Source of the DNA: the human T2T-CHM13v2.0 reference genome, Homo sapiens
Length of the DNA stretch: 64,000 bases
Assembly: GCF_009914755.1 (NCBI RefSeq)
Contig: NC_060936.1
Reading direction: 5' to 3' (one strand)
The translations under genes were made by a program, and so were the position numbers. The notes below the pieces were generated by a model. The model ran no database searches, was not told where the DNA came from, and saw only the letters and a list, made by a program, of their open reading frames with translations. Below, one piece after another: positions 40,883-58,345 of the stretch; position 1 is the first letter of the stretch; the number at the start of each line of letters is the position of its first letter.

Positions 40883-42265
40883 TTATACAACACAGCCAAG
40901 TGAGATTTATCCAAGTATGCAAGATTTGTTCAAAATTCCACATTTAATTAATAAAATTCACAATATCAACAGGCTATAAAGAAAGAAAAAATCATATAAT
41001 CGTGTCAATTTAATCAGAAAAGGCATCTGCCAAAACCCAACACCAATTATGACAAAAACTCTCAGAAACTAGAAATAGAAGAGGAACTTACTAGAAATAA
41101 AGAACTCCTACAGAAACGGTGGAAAACTGAACCCTCACCCCTAAAGATCTAAAACAGGTCAGGGAAGCCCTCTCTTTCCGTTGTTCTGGGCATCTTAGCT
41201 GCTGCAATCAGAAGACGGAAGTCAATAAAAAGTACACAAATTGGGAAGGAAGAAACAAAACAGTCAAGTTTTATCGCATGATATCTAGGTAGATCATTTC
41301 AAGGAATATACTGAAAACAGAAACAAAAACAAAACTTCTGGACCTGAAAGCATGTAAAGTTTTTAAACAAAATTCAATTGCTTTCTATATACCAGTCATA
41401 AATAATTATAATTTGAAACTTTAAGAAAATTAATACCATTTATAATAGTACCAAAATTTGAAATACTTAGGTATAAATCTAAAACAAGAACGTTGTCTGT
41501 ATATGAAAAACTATAAAACTCTTATGAAATAAATTTTTAAAGCTCTAAATAAATGGAAAGATACTCCATGAATGAAGTTTGGAAGAATCAATATTTTTAG
41601 GATGTCAGTTCTTTCCAATTTTATTGACATGTTCAATGAAATTCCAATCAAAATTCTAGCAAGTTATTATGAAGGTATCAAGAAACTGACTCTTAAGTTT
41701 ATCTGGAATTATAACAACTAAACTAGCCATCACAATACTGAGAACAGAGTTGGGAGTTCTCATACAATCTGGTTTCAAAACTTACTACACAGCTACACTA
41801 ATCAAGATAGAGTGGCATTGGCAAAAGAATACACAATGAAGCAGAATAAAGACCTACACAAATAGAGTCAACTCATTGTTGACAGAAAAACAGAGGTAAT
41901 TCAATACAGAAAGAATAGTCTCTTCAACAAATGATGTTGGAATCTTATTATGTATACATAGAAAAAAATCCTATATAACTTTATACCTTCCACAAAATTA
42001 ATAGATATTGATCATAGGCCTACAGGTTAAAAAAAAAACTGTAAAAGTTTTAAACTAAGCATAGGGGAAAAATGAGGTAGTCTTCTGTTTAGTGATGAGT
42101 TTTAGATATAATACCAAAAGCACAATTTATGAAAGAAAAAAATGATAGGCTGGATCTTATTAAAATTAAAATGTATTATCTGTGACATACACTGGCAAGC
42201 AAATAAAAAATCAAGCCATAGACTGAGAGAAAATATTTGCAAAACACATATATGATAAAGGACTT

Positions 42266-42470
42266 GCACATAAAGATGGGAATAATAGACACTGAGACTC
42301 CAAAAGGAGGGAAGGAGAGGGAAAATAAGTGTTGAAAAACTATCTATTGGGTACCATATTCACCATCTGGGTGATGGGTTTCATTGGAGCCCAAACCTCA
42401 GCATCTCACAATATATCCATGTAACAAACCTGCACATATACCCCCTGAATCTAAATTTTTTTTAAAAAAA
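42266..42470 (+). mobile_element. L1PB4-like 3' end inserted in L1MC3
   Basis: cataaagatgggaataatagacactgagactccaaaag...atatatccatgtaacaaacctgcacatataccccctgaatctaaa. Confidence 0.8.
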
Positions 42471-45005
42471 GCAAAAGAGCATTTAACAAACTATACAAAA
42501 AAACTTTTAAAACTCACCAATAAGAAAAGCAACAACTCAGTTGTTTTTAAATGGGCAAATATATGAACAAACATTTAATCAAAGAAGATATACAGATGGC
42601 ACATAGACATTTAAAATTGTTCAACATCATTATCATTTAGAAATTGTACATCACAACAACAATGACATACTACTACACAACTATTAGAATAGCTAAAATC
42701 CAAAAATGAAGAACAGAAAATGTATTGCCAGCTGGGATGCAAAATGGTGCAATCACATTGAGAGACAGTTTGGCAGTTTATTATCGAGTTAAACATAGTC
42801 TTACCACACAACCAGAAATAGAACGCGTACATATTTATCCCACTGATTTGAAATGTATGTCTACATTAAACTGCACATGAATGCTCCTAGCAGCTTTGTG
42901 ATGGCCAAAAACTGGAAGCAGGAAAGATGTTTGTCAATAGGTGGATAGATAAACAAACTGTACTACATTCAAACAATGGATTACAATTCAGAGTTAAAAA
43001 AATGACCTATCAAGATCATGCAAAAAGGCATGGAAAAATCTTAAATGCATATTGCTAAGTGAAATAAGTAAGTCTGGAAAGGCTACTACCATGTGATTGC
43101 AACTATATGACACTGGAAAAAGTGTATATAGTGTATATAGATGGTACAAAGACGGTAGTTGGCAGGAGTTTATGGTAAAGAAGAAAGATTTGAATAGGTG
43201 AAGTGCAAAAGGCTTTTTTAGGGTGGTGAAACTATTCCATATGATATTATACTGGTGGTTATGTGACAGTATGTATTTTCTTATAGTCATAGAACTTTAG
43301 AGCATAAAGAATGAACATTAATGAACACAAATTTTAAAAAATCCCTTTGGAGACTGGAGGATTCCAACATGGAATGAAGAATGTAACATGTCAATCTGAC
43401 TTATATGTGAATGAAATAACTTTTCTGAAGTGGTTAGGGGAAATAAGTACTAGCCTGAGTTTCTTTAGAAGTGTGTAGAATTTGTAAGTATAAAAGCAAA
43501 ACAAACAAAAAAGCCACAAAGGCTGTACATAATCACTATAAGAGTTTTTCCCATGGTGTATGGGGTTAACAATCCTGATACTAATATGCATCTATACTAA
43601 ACAATTAAGTAAATGGATGATGGATGGTGGGAATTTATATAAAAGGAAGGGCAGGAGGCTAGAATGTTCCATGTGGTAATGGATTCGAGTGGAAGATATT
43701 GTATTAAATCATGCTTAGTTAATATAGATACAGATGATTACATATAGAAATATTTAAGAATATGTGTAGATACATTCATTAGTATACACATATATTTCCT
43801 TGCTCTGTCAGCTAAAAGGGCCTCAAAGCAAAGAGGCCGCAGTGGCAATAAGCATACCTAGCACTCTGATCTCGCTTTCTAGATTTATTCTAAAATAAAA
43901 GGAACAAGAATCCTTGGAGAAATGGCCGATTCTAACCTGGAGGAAGAGGAAGAAAATCCACAATGATGTAGGATAGTCAAAGAGACATAGGAGTCAACAG
44001 AAAGATCTCAGAATGGCCAACAGTTTGAGAAACAAATGAATAACATAATATTGATTATAACTGAAAATGTTAAATAATTATTAGTTTGTATTGATATTAA
44101 TTAATTAAAATAAGTAGAGGTGGAGAGATAAATCTCCCATGCAGAAGAATTCCAAATAATTTATGCAGCTATTCTGCCCTCAAGGGAGAAGAGCATAATT
44201 TCCCAATCATTAAGTATGAGCTGTGCAATGGTGACCTCCACTCAAATATTATAGTAGAAAATGGGTTTAAGAAGAGTAACTTTATAATAGAGAAATCTAG
44301 CAAGCACTACCTCAGCCAAATCATCAAGGTCAACATCAACATTGATAGGTCATTTTGATAGTATGTACCCTTAATACATGAGATGATGAAAATGGTACTT
44401 TAATCCCACTCTCATCATGAGAAAAATATAAAATACCTGACCAGTATTCCTCAAAACTCTCAAGGTCATAAAAAAAAACATAAGAAATTTCAGAAATTGT
44501 CACAGACAAGTGATGTCTAAAGAGACATGACAAACAAATGGGATGTGATATCCTGGATGAAATCCTGAAAGAAATAAAGAACAATAGCTAAAAGCTAAGA
44601 ATATCTGAGTGAAGAATGGACTTAAATTAGTCATAATGTATTAATATTGGTTCCATAATTGTAACAAAAGTAGCATATACATGTCAAATATTAATAATAG
44701 GGGGAAACTGAGTGTGGAGTATGTGATAATTCTCTGTATTATCTTCGTAATTTTTATGGAAGTCTAACATTATTCTAAGATAAAAAGATTTATTTCCAAA
44801 ACACAAATATTAAATTTAGTCAATGTATAATATAGAAAAATAACTAATTGAATCATAGCCCCTTTTCATAAACATATTTGCTCTCAGAATAGCATGCAAC
44901 TAACCTTACACATATTCAACAATCCATATAGCCTATTTCAGGATACACAAAAGTTTATAAAGTAACTTAAGGATGGGAAATTCACGACATTTTTATAAAA
45001 CCAAA

Positions 45006-45039
<34 letters not shown>

Positions 45040-45230
45040 GTGTGTGTGTGTGTATATATACACATATATTCATATATATGTGTGTGTATATATACACATA
45101 TATTCATATATGTGTGTGTATATATGTGTGTATATATGTGTATATATATGTATATATACACATATATACGTGTGTGTGTATATATATGTGTGTGCGTATA
45201 TATGTATATATGTGTGTGTGTGTATGTGTA

Positions 45231-45285
<55 letters not shown>
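45006..45285 (+). repeat. Compound microsatellite (CT)n-(TA)n-(TG)n/(TATATG)n
   Basis: Directly visible; explains five overlapping junk ORFs. Confidence 0.97.
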
Positions 45286-45288
<3 letters not shown>

Positions 45289-47821
45289 CAGTGGAGAATA
45301 ACACAAAGCAGATTAGATTATAATACAAAAAATCAGGTTTAAAATCCTTGACATCATGGATAACAATGCAATTTAGCATAAAATTACTTATTATTTAGAA
45401 TAACTGTCATAAACAGCACATGATTTTTCAAAGGTGTTCCAAAAAAATCCAAATCCCATGTAATGTCACATGATTAAATAATTTGTGGAAATTAAATTGC
45501 TACATCCTATATTCTATTTTTGAAGTTTCACTATATATTAACTACCTGATAAAGATTTAAATCGCTTAATAAAGATTTTTATCAATGTGCCAATAAAGAA
45601 CTGCATTGTTCAACTATGCCTGGATTTTATCCAGGCACTCCCTAGAAATATTTGATTATGCAAATCTGTTTTTTTTTTGCATATACCCTAGATATTTCTT
45701 TAAAAAGTAATATATCCACAGATACATTTAGCAAAATATAAACAAACAAAAATTCCTGCAATTATGTGCATGAAAAAAAGGACATGATTACATAAAATGA
45801 AAATTCAGATACAAAATATCTTGGCATATCATATTATTACATGTATTTTCAAGTTATAAAAGGAAGAGTTTTTAAAAATGAAGATGTGTAATGAATATTG
45901 ACTAACATTTTTAAACCATTATGTAGTCCCATATTGAACAAAGACAACATGTTATTTATAAAACTGTTAAATTAATTTTATAGTTTGTTTCCACTTTAAT
46001 GTTCTATGAAATTATTTTATTGTACTTTTGAAACATGTCTGTGATTTCTGAAATAAATGATACATGAACAAGACTTCATGTTCTATAATTATTCTTATTA
46101 TAACAGACCCTTAGTATTAAGAAAATCAAGTATTCTCAATTCATAGTAAGTTAGCCTAGGGCTATGAGAAAAAAAATTAAACTGGGCAGCAAATTAATGT
46201 GCTTTTTATAAGACAATACATTTCACAATGTCTCTAAGGAACTATTTATCCATTACTGAAAAGCAGAGAGAATAAACCCCCTTAAACTCTCATACCAATA
46301 TGCAAATGCAGATTTGTGTGGAACAAAAATAAAATTTTCTTCAGGCTAGACCTAACATTTCTGTGATTAAAAAAATATTTAAAATAAAAAGCAGGTATAT
46401 GTGTCTTTCATAATATCTAGTCTCCATTATTGTTTTTTCCTGTAAGATTGTTTGAAATGTTTAGTGAGTGTATATACTTTCATGTTTTACTGAAACATTT
46501 TGAAAGCATTTTTTTAATTTTATATTATGTAAGACAAAATAAATTCCTACTTAACAAGTGACTTCCTGTGATTGGCCATTACTGAATATTTATTGAGTAG
46601 CTCTACTATTTAAACAAAACAGCCCTGCAAGCCAAAGACTCCTTTTGGTGAGTCAAACAGTGAAAACAAGTTCTTAGTGAGAAATTTAAATCATTTGGGA
46701 ATGCTTCAAAGGTCAAGGGAAGGATTACATTGTAAAGTGCCAAAGAAGCTTCACATTAGCCATATGTGAGATCAGATTTTTCTGCAACAAACTAATTTTA
46801 TGTTCTTGGACAAGTTATTAAAATATTGCGATCAATCTGGCCCCTCATTATTGCTCTTGGACAAACAAAGTGCTGGGAAATCTAGTAAAGATAGCAATTA
46901 ATATGATTTATAAAATTTTAGTGAAATAATTCATTCCATGCTGCCCACTGGACTCGTTTAATAAACAATGTGAAATATCAAACTGGGCTCAAGGGAGAAA
47001 ATTTTGATATACATTTTAATATAAAAACATTAAAGTTACCATGTGTGAGACCAGTCCTATATATGAATCCTTGATATAATTCTTATTGAAGGACATAATC
47101 CTTAATGAAAAGAGAATGATAGGAAATCATTGAGTTTAAAAATATTTTAGTTAGTGTGGATATTGTAAACAAAGGCCATAGTAAACAAGCACTTTAAACA
47201 CATTATTGAATAATTTTTAACGGCAAAATTATAAATTTGAACCACGCTAGATGTTAGTGAGCCTGTGTTTAAAGTCCTCTGTTATATATTACAGGTTACA
47301 TGTCTATGAATTAAAATATCCTCTTTAGGAAACAATTTGGAATTATCCTGCAAAACTACTCACATAGCGCCTACACCAACAATTCTATTCTTAAGTATGT
47401 AACAGGAGAAATTCCTACATATCTGCAAATGAGGTAGACATAAATTGGTTCATAATAGCACTGTTTATAATAGTTAAATAAAAAGAAAAGAATCCAAAGG
47501 CCATTGGCATAACAATATTTTGAATTAAATAAGCAAATCTAAAAAGATTGCATAAAACATTCCTTTTAATAAAGATCAAAAACAATAGGTAAACAATATA
47601 ATATTTAAGCAAACCATATCTGTGGTCACACTATTTTTAAAGTCCACTATTTAAAAAATATATTAAAAGTATACTATTGAATATCCAGGACATAAGAATG
47701 AGAGTGAAGTAGGACAGCCTAGAGAAAGATCAAATAGGTAAAAGTAAGATATTGTCAACATTCCAGTACACAAGCATACCACAGACAGTGAACAAGTAAA
47801 CAGAAAAATAAAAAATAGGTC

Positions 47822-48253
47822 ATCCACTGTATTATACAAACTATAGGACATTCTGGAAAAGCAAAACTATGGAAACAATTAAAAGATCAGTGGTTGCCAA
47901 GGTGGGAAAAGAGAGGAAGGGACTAATAGGCAGAACACAGAGATCTTTTAGGGCAATGAAACTATTCTGGATGTTGCTATTAAAGATGCATACCTGTCAT
48001 AATACATTTATCAAAACCCATAGAATGTATAACATCAAGAATAAACCCTAATACAAACTATGGACTATGAGTGATAATGTGTCAATGTAAATTAATCACT
48101 TAAAACAGATGTAGCTCTCTGATGGGGAATGTTGAAAGTGAAGGGTGCATATGGGCAATGGGGTGGTAGGAAGTATATGGGGATTCTTTGTGCTTTCTTC
48201 AGTTTTGCTTTGAAACTACAATTGATCTAAAAGACAAAGTCCATTAGAAAAAA
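47822..48253 (+). mobile_element. L1MC1-like 3' end
   Basis: gacattctggaaaagcaaaactatggaaaca...aaaacccatagaatgta...aaaccctaatacaaactatggact. Confidence 0.8.
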
Positions 48254-48329
48254 TATACAATATGTCATCCTATGTCAATGATGACAGCACATCTTGAACA
48301 ACAAATTCACTTCTGAAGAACTAATTTCT

Positions 48330-49390
48330 ACTTTAAAACTCACCAGACTAATTTATGAAATTATAAAGTAAAAAAGAAAATCAAATGATTATCTTGAAAA
48401 TGCAGAAAATTAATAAAAAAATAAATTATCATTTATTATTTAAAAATCAGAAGAAACCAGGAACAGATGGGAACATTCTTTATATTACATTTGATATGAT
48501 AACATACATATATTATAATTCACACTTAATTTTGAAATACTTATAACACTCTCCTTAAACTCAAAAGGCAACATTATTTTTTACTCTTACTATGCATATT
48601 CAACATTATATGGTCAAGCCAGTAATTTCACAGTAACAAAATAACTCAAATATATAAGAATAGGAAAAAATTAAAGAAGCCAATTATAATTTTCTTCATA
48701 TAAAATATTAATTTGTCTCAAAATTACTAATAGTGATAGCAAACTCTATTGGGTCAGAAGCTGAATCAAACAACGTGCATACAATGTATGAATAAAACTA
48801 TATTTACAAAGAAATAAAAAATAAATATCTGCTCCATGGACCTGGATCAATTCTAGTTAGATTTAATTACCTAAATTTGAAAAGCAAACTTTTAAAATTT
48901 TGGAAGAAAGTATATCAGTAAAGACCTCAGGAGGTGTCTTAAAGAGGGTGAAAACAGGACAAGTGAAAAAAAGAAAAAATAATAATAAATATAATTATAT
49001 CATAACTTTTTGCATAAAATATTGTCTATATAGAAGCTAAAGACTATCAAAGATATTTTGAAATGAGTACAAACAACAGAAAACTGGTATCCAAAACAGA
49101 TAATCACTAGGATTAATAAAAGGTAAAATGGTCCCCCAAAAAAGACAGCAAAGAATATGAAAAAGTAATTTATGAAATTTAAGAAAGGATCATAAAGATA
49201 GTAACCAAGGAAATGCAAATGTAACCACAGTTAGACACTATCTCAAATCTAGCAAACTGACTAAAATATTAAGAGCTGACAATTTCTGCCACTGCCAAGA
49301 ATGTTGAGTAATTGGAACTGTTTTCCATGGATTTAAAGAATACACCAGTCTGGAGAACAATTTGGCAAGATCCAGTAAATTTTAACAATG
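48330..49390 (+). mobile_element. Ancient L1ME-type ORF2/3' fragments
   Basis: gattatcttgaaaatgcagaaaa; aaggaaatgcaaatgtaaccaca...ctggagaacaatttggca. Confidence 0.5.
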
Positions 49391-49777
49391 TGATAAAGAA
49401 ATTCTTGGAAGATGACAATGTGACATAGTTTTTAAAATCTCATCCAATCCCTTTTAAAAGAACAGACAGAGCAAAAGGAAAATATAACCAAAAAATCTAT
49501 GCATAACTTAACAAACAAAGCCAACTGCAATTGTACCCACATGAACTCCAAAATACAATAGGTAGAGAAAAATTACCTACAGCTTGAGGGAATACATTAT
49601 ATGAGCAGGGAAAGAAGAAAGATGCTGCCAGAGCTGAGAACAAAACAATATGAAAAACAGTTAGACACTCAACTAGAGAGTGCAAAAGGGCAGTTATTGA
49701 ATAATAGCTGAAACTGCACGGGTGTTTGCACATCCACAGGTAATTGACAAGGTTCCAAAGCAAGTTCTGAAGAAGCT

Positions 49778-50305
49778 TGTATTTGTTTTCTACTGCTGTA
49801 TAACAAATTACTAGAAACTTAGTGACTTAAAATGACACATATGTATTATCTCACATTTTCTGTATGTCAGGATTCTGGATATGGCTTACTGAAGTCCTCT
49901 ACTTAAAGCCTCAGAAGACAGCTATCAAGATGTCAACCAATCTGCATTCTCATCTGGAGGCTCTACTGGGGAAGAATTGTTTCTCTGCTTACTCTGGTTG
50001 TTGCAGAACCCATTTCTTTGCAAGTGTATAACTGCATACCCTAACTTTTTGCTGGTGGTCTCATGGAGGTCACTCCAAGTTCCTTGTCATGTGGGCCCCT
50101 AATGATGGCCTCTCATTTTATACCAGGTAGGGCAGAAAGTCTCTAGAGCAAGCCTGTTACCAGGAAGGAGTTCTGAACAATGTAACAATCATAGGGATGA
50201 CATCACACTATTTTTTTTGGTCATAGTTTATTGGTTAAAAACAAGCCAATGTTAACGTCCACACTTAACGAGAGAGGATTTCCCAAAGTATGTATGGTCA
50301 CCCTG
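49778..50305 (-). mobile_element. MLT1E2/3-like LTR
   Basis: tgtatttgttttctactgctgtataacaaattac...ctcatctggaggctctactggggaagaa. Confidence 0.8.
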
Positions 50306-50399
50306 TGCTAGGGGTTATGACAGGCCTCATGCCCTCTTCGTCCATGATGGGCTGAAACAAAATTTAAAAGCTGAAGCTGTCGTCCAGAACAAAGCCATA

Positions 50400-53480
<3,081 letters not shown>

Positions 53481-53559
53481 AGCTGAAGCAATGACCTACA
53501 TTTGCAAAATGGATTTAGTTTTCTGGTCACCTGGCATGGGCAAACAAAGAACAAAAGTA

Positions 53560-53904
53560 CCGTCATGCACTTCATAATGACATTTCAGGAAGTCAGCAAT
53601 AAAAAACAAACCACACATAAGATGGTGGTCCCATAAGATTACAATACTGTATGTATAATGCACCTTTTCTATGTTTAGATAGGTTTAGATGCACAATTAC
53701 TTACCTTTGTGTTACAATTGCCTACAGTATTCAGCATAACATGCTGTGCAGGTTTGTAGCCTAGGAACAATAGGCTATTTTATATAGCCTAGATATGTAT
53801 TAGGCTCTACCATCTAGGTTTGTGTAAGTACATTCTATGATGTTTACACAATGACAAAAAGCACTTCTCAGAATGTGAATCTATTGTAAAGTGATGCATA
53901 ATTT
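53560..53904 (+). mobile_element. Tigger3a-like DNA transposon
   Basis: TA|ccgtcatgc...ggtggtcccataagatt...caattgcctacagtattcag...gtttgtagcctagg...catctaggtttgtgtaagtaca. Confidence 0.9.
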
Positions 53905-54744
53905 AAATATCTGCTGATTTTTAAATATCTGCTGAATTCAGAATTCTCTCAATTAACTGAGTTCACATTACAAGTTACCCCAATTCTGATTTAATATCCT
54001 TTATAGACTCCAATATAAAACTCACTTTTCTCATTATTAAAATTATATAATAATTGTTGTAATGAGTACATGAGAAAACATATACATCCCTTAATTCAGT
54101 GCCTGGAACACATAAAATATAGTCTCAGATCCATATAATTTATTTTATTTTCTTGACAACTTAAAGAAGCTTGCAATCATTTTGGTAACCTGAAAATACA
54201 GGATAATAGACAATTTTGACATACATGCAATTAATTGAACATCCATGGAAAACATCACAGAGCTTTGATGTCAGCTTTTTGGATACTTCCCAAATACTCC
54301 AGCTTGCTTGATTCATTTTGCCCTTTAAGATTTAATGAGATTTGGCTTGAATTCTCATCTTATATATAGCCAGCATTTGTGAATTCCCATATTTACTGAG
54401 TTTTCCATGCCCACTCAGAACGTATTTTAATTTTCCTGTATATTGTAACATACTAAATACTGCACTGTTTTCTTTCTTCCAGCGTACCACTGACTCAAAT
54501 ATGTCAGTATAGTGGACTTTCTTGAAGGTAGGGAAGAAATAACTAAGAGTTAATTTTCAAAATAACATGGTTACAACTGAAAACGTGATATTAAACCTTT
54601 CTATTTTTTAAAGGTTTTCATCCAATTACAACATTAAAGAATTTCTATTTGGTTTGTCTTTTACTTCATCTTCCCATCAGGTAACTATTACTCTAGAATT
54701 TTTATCCTTTGAAATGCTTTCCTCTATTCCTAAATTGCTATTAT

Positions 54745-54980
54745 TAATCATATAATTTATGGTGCATATATATATTAATATATTATATATAATATATATA
54801 ATATATATAGGTTTTTTATACAAAGCAATTAATTTTTTAATGGTATATATATGTTTATTGTATAATTCATGGTATATACATTTATATATATAAATAGGAA
54901 CAAATACATATAACATACATAAATATATATATATATATATATATATTTGTTCCTTTTTTATACAAAGCAATGGATTTTTT
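54745..54980. repeat. AT-rich low-complexity/(TA)n region with internal duplications
   Basis: tttttatacaaagcaat occurs twice; atggtRYata occurs three times. Confidence 0.8.
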
Positions 54981-56092
54981 CTTAGTCTCAATTCTAGCCC
55001 CTTATAGGGACTCTCATTCTATAACCAAAATGCAATCTCAGCAATGTGCTAAAATTTTGGAGACTTTCATATACCATTTTAAGTGAGAACACAGTAAGTC
55101 TTATAATAAAGCCAAAGCAGCATGCATGGATTTTTATTAAATTTATCATAATTTTTAAATAATACTAGGAATTCAGTTTATGTTTCTCATGTTTTTAAAT
55201 TAGCCATATAAAACTAGTTGCATTTAAATAAATATTTTAGACCCAAAAATATAGGGAAAAGGCAGAAAAATAGGGCAAAACATCAAAATTAAGTATGTGC
55301 CACTACATAATTTGAGTGAAACATAAAAAAGAAATCCTAAAATGGCACATAAGGTATAACAAAACCACCAAGTATAGAATACCTAATTTGTAAATGGTGG
55401 CATAAATATGACAACACAATATAATAAAGATATTTCAAACAGAATTGATTCACTAGGTGCTGAACAATCAATGAATTATTAAAAACGTTATTATACTTAG
55501 GTATAAGCAATTTAAAATGTAGCATCTACTATAAACTAGTACTGCAGTTTAAACAGTTTTAAGAGATAGCAAGGTCCTGATTTGAGTTGAAAAGGACAGA
55601 GTACTGACAAGTAGCCACATCAACTTCCTATTAAATGACCAGAAATGCTGATTTATTAAAAAGTCCTGCATAGGAGCAACAAAATATATGAAGCTTTGGG
55701 TTAGTTAAACTTTACTTAAGATTAAGGAAGATATAAACAGTAAAAACAGATAAGGATAAATCTTTCAGGCAGTGAAATTGTACATAGATTCTGACCTCAA
55801 AAATACTGTAAAAAGAAACTTGTTTTTAGGATGCTGAGTTTCTCCATGTCCAGACCATTTCCCCTTGGTGACACCATTTTGTCAGTGCCATCTTTGCTGT
55901 CTGCCAGTCTAATATTTTAAATATTCTCAAACTCTTAACATCATTAATACAAGATTTTAATTCCCACTGAGATAAATTTTAGAGCATTATTTTCTTCCCA
56001 AGATCATTTGCATTTTATAATGTATTAATTTTAAAATAAAAATATCCACCACAGTCGATGATAGAAGCAAGCTTTCACACCTGAAAAAGTTG

Positions 56093-56155
56093 ACACGTTT
56101 ACCTGTGTAACAAACCTGCACATGTACCCTTGAACTTAAAAGTTAAGAAAAAAAA
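56093..56155 (+). mobile_element. Extreme 3' fragment of an L1PA element
   Basis: gtttacctgtgtaacaaacctgcacatgtacccttgaacttaaaagtt plus A-tail. Confidence 0.75.
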
Positions 56156-56210
56156 CCTCATTTCTATCTACACACAAAAAAAGGGCAATTCTATCTACAC
56201 ACAAAAAACT

Positions 56211-56540
56211 TTGTTTTGTGATGCGATCACAGAATACCACAGACTTGGTAATTTATAATGAACAGATATGTATTGGCTCACAGTTCTGGAGACTGTTAAG
56301 TCCAATATCAAAGTGCTGGCTTCTGGTAAGGGTCTCCTTACTGTGTTACATTATATGGAGGAAGGAAGGCAAGAGGGCAAGAGAGCAAGAGGTGTCTGAA
56401 CTTGCTCTTTTATAATGGCATTAATCCCATCTTTGATGGTAGAACTATAATGGCCTAATCACCTCTTACTATTTAATAATTACAATTACGATTAAATTTC
56501 AACATGAATTTTGAAAGAGACAAACACTCAAATCATAGCA
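56211..56540 (-). mobile_element. MSTC/D-like LTR
   Basis: acagaataccacagacttggtaatttata...gctcacagttctggag...caaacactcaaatcatagca. Confidence 0.85.
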
Positions 56541-56660
56541 ATAAATTGATTACCTATTCTGAATCCAAAGATTAGACTGGCCCTCATTGGAAAATTTGTA
56601 TCAGAACTTATGTATTAGAAATTAGTTATAAAATGTTAATAAATGAAGCAAAGTAGTATT

Positions 56661-57064
56661 TGTTACAAGTTGAATTGCATCCCCCAAAACTCGTATGTTG
56701 AAGTCCTAATTTCCAAAATCTCAGAATGTGACCTTATTTGGAAACAGGGTAATTGCAGATGTAATTAATTATGTTATGATAAAGTTAATAGGGTGAGTCC
56801 TAACCTAATATGACTGATGTCCTTATAGAAAGGAGAAATTTGAGACAGAGATGGACATACACTCAGGAAGAACACTGTGAAAATTAGAATTATGCTACCA
56901 GAAGCCAAGGAATAGATCTTTCCCTAGCACCTTCAGAGGGAGCATGGACCTGCTGACACCTTTGTTGTGGACTTCTAGCCTCCAGAAGTATGACAATAAA
57001 TTTCTGTTGTTTAAGCGATTCAGTTTGTGGTACTTAGCTATAGCTGTCTTAGCAAACTAATACA
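56661..57064 (+). mobile_element. MLT1B-like solo LTR
   Basis: tgttacaagttgaattg...cagaatgtgaccttatttggaaa...gcaaactaataca. Perfect TSD GTATT. Confidence 0.92.
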
Positions 57065-58345
57065 GTATTCTGTTTTAAAATTAACTTTCATATAAATTGT
57101 AACATTCAAAGGGCAGAGGTTGGAGAAGATGTTTGTAGGGTTAAGAGGTTATCCTCATGTATAATGGATGTTATAAGAGAACAGATCCTCTCTTAAGAAA
57201 GAATTAATTGTGATATTGTCATTTCTCACCTTTTGATGTAGTCTAACATATGGATCCCACAAAATTGAAAACAATCAAGGGCTAATGCATCTCTTATGCA
57301 AACAAATAGTAAATATGAGTAATTAAATTTAAAAAGGATTACATATTATCTAATAAGCCGACAAAGGCTATCACATCAAAAGACTGGTAATTCCTACAGC
57401 AGATGGAAACTTTAGTTGTGAAAAAAAATCTAGATAGAGACCATTGACACAGATAGATCTATACCTAACAAAAAACTCATCAGATTACATAATATGATTA
57501 TTAATAATAGCAATACTTATCATGACTATCTGTCATGTATATACACAGAATGTGTGGGTACATATTGAAGATAATACAATGCCATTAAGTGATTTGACAA
57601 GTACAGTAGCAAATTTTTACTTTCAGATTACTATTAAGTAAATATTTTTTGATTTATTTAAATCCTTCTCTAAATTTTCTAATTTCACCAAATTCCATGC
57701 TACTATTACTTATGTGACATGATTCTAGAAATGGGCAGAAGCCAGTTACACACCATAGATATTCTTAGAGGATTTTATTGGGAAGTGTAATGTTTCTAAA
57801 GGAGAAAAAAAATAAAAGACAAAAAAAATAAAAGTAGCTGCAAGGTTATATTGAGATTATTACCTTAACTAAAATAAGATTCTAAATTGAGTGACACATT
57901 GTGATATTTAGGATTTAGCACACTCATATTAGGGTATATTTATTATTACGTCCATACACAGCTGAGTTAATCAACTACTATAATGTTAAATATAGATCAC
58001 AGAGGAATACAACATGACTCAAAGAATCATACCAAGAAATCACAAATGGAAAGGTTTCTTATATATTCAGTTCACATAAGATGTGATTTATAAAGATAAG
58101 ATAAAAACTTTTTTGTCAGAGGGAAATATGGATAAATGGATTTTTGCTAGCTTCACATGCCATGCTAACAAATTATATATTTTTACACATAGATAAGAGG
58201 TTGAGTTCTTTTTCAGCATTCTTTTTCTCACAATTACTAGGGAATGGGAAAACAGGGTGTAAGATACTAAGATGAGAAGATACTATGAAAGTAGAAATGT
58301 TGAACAATTTGAGTATGAAATTTTTATTCTTTTAATTTCTGAGTC

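Larger units (their letters stand above)
40560..44805 (+). mobile_element. L1MC3-like element (deleted ORF2 plus long 3'UTR)
   Basis: ORF2 remnants, then aaatcttaaatgcatattgctaagtgaaa and tctgtcagctaaaagggcct...ccttggagaaatggccgattct. Confidence 0.8.

Noticed and set aside
44973-45379. Five overlapping ORFs rich in C/V/Y/I/H/T
   Set aside because: They are translations of a dinucleotide microsatellite.
45405-45740. Possible MER112/113-like hAT relic
   Set aside because: Similarity is too degenerate to call by eye.
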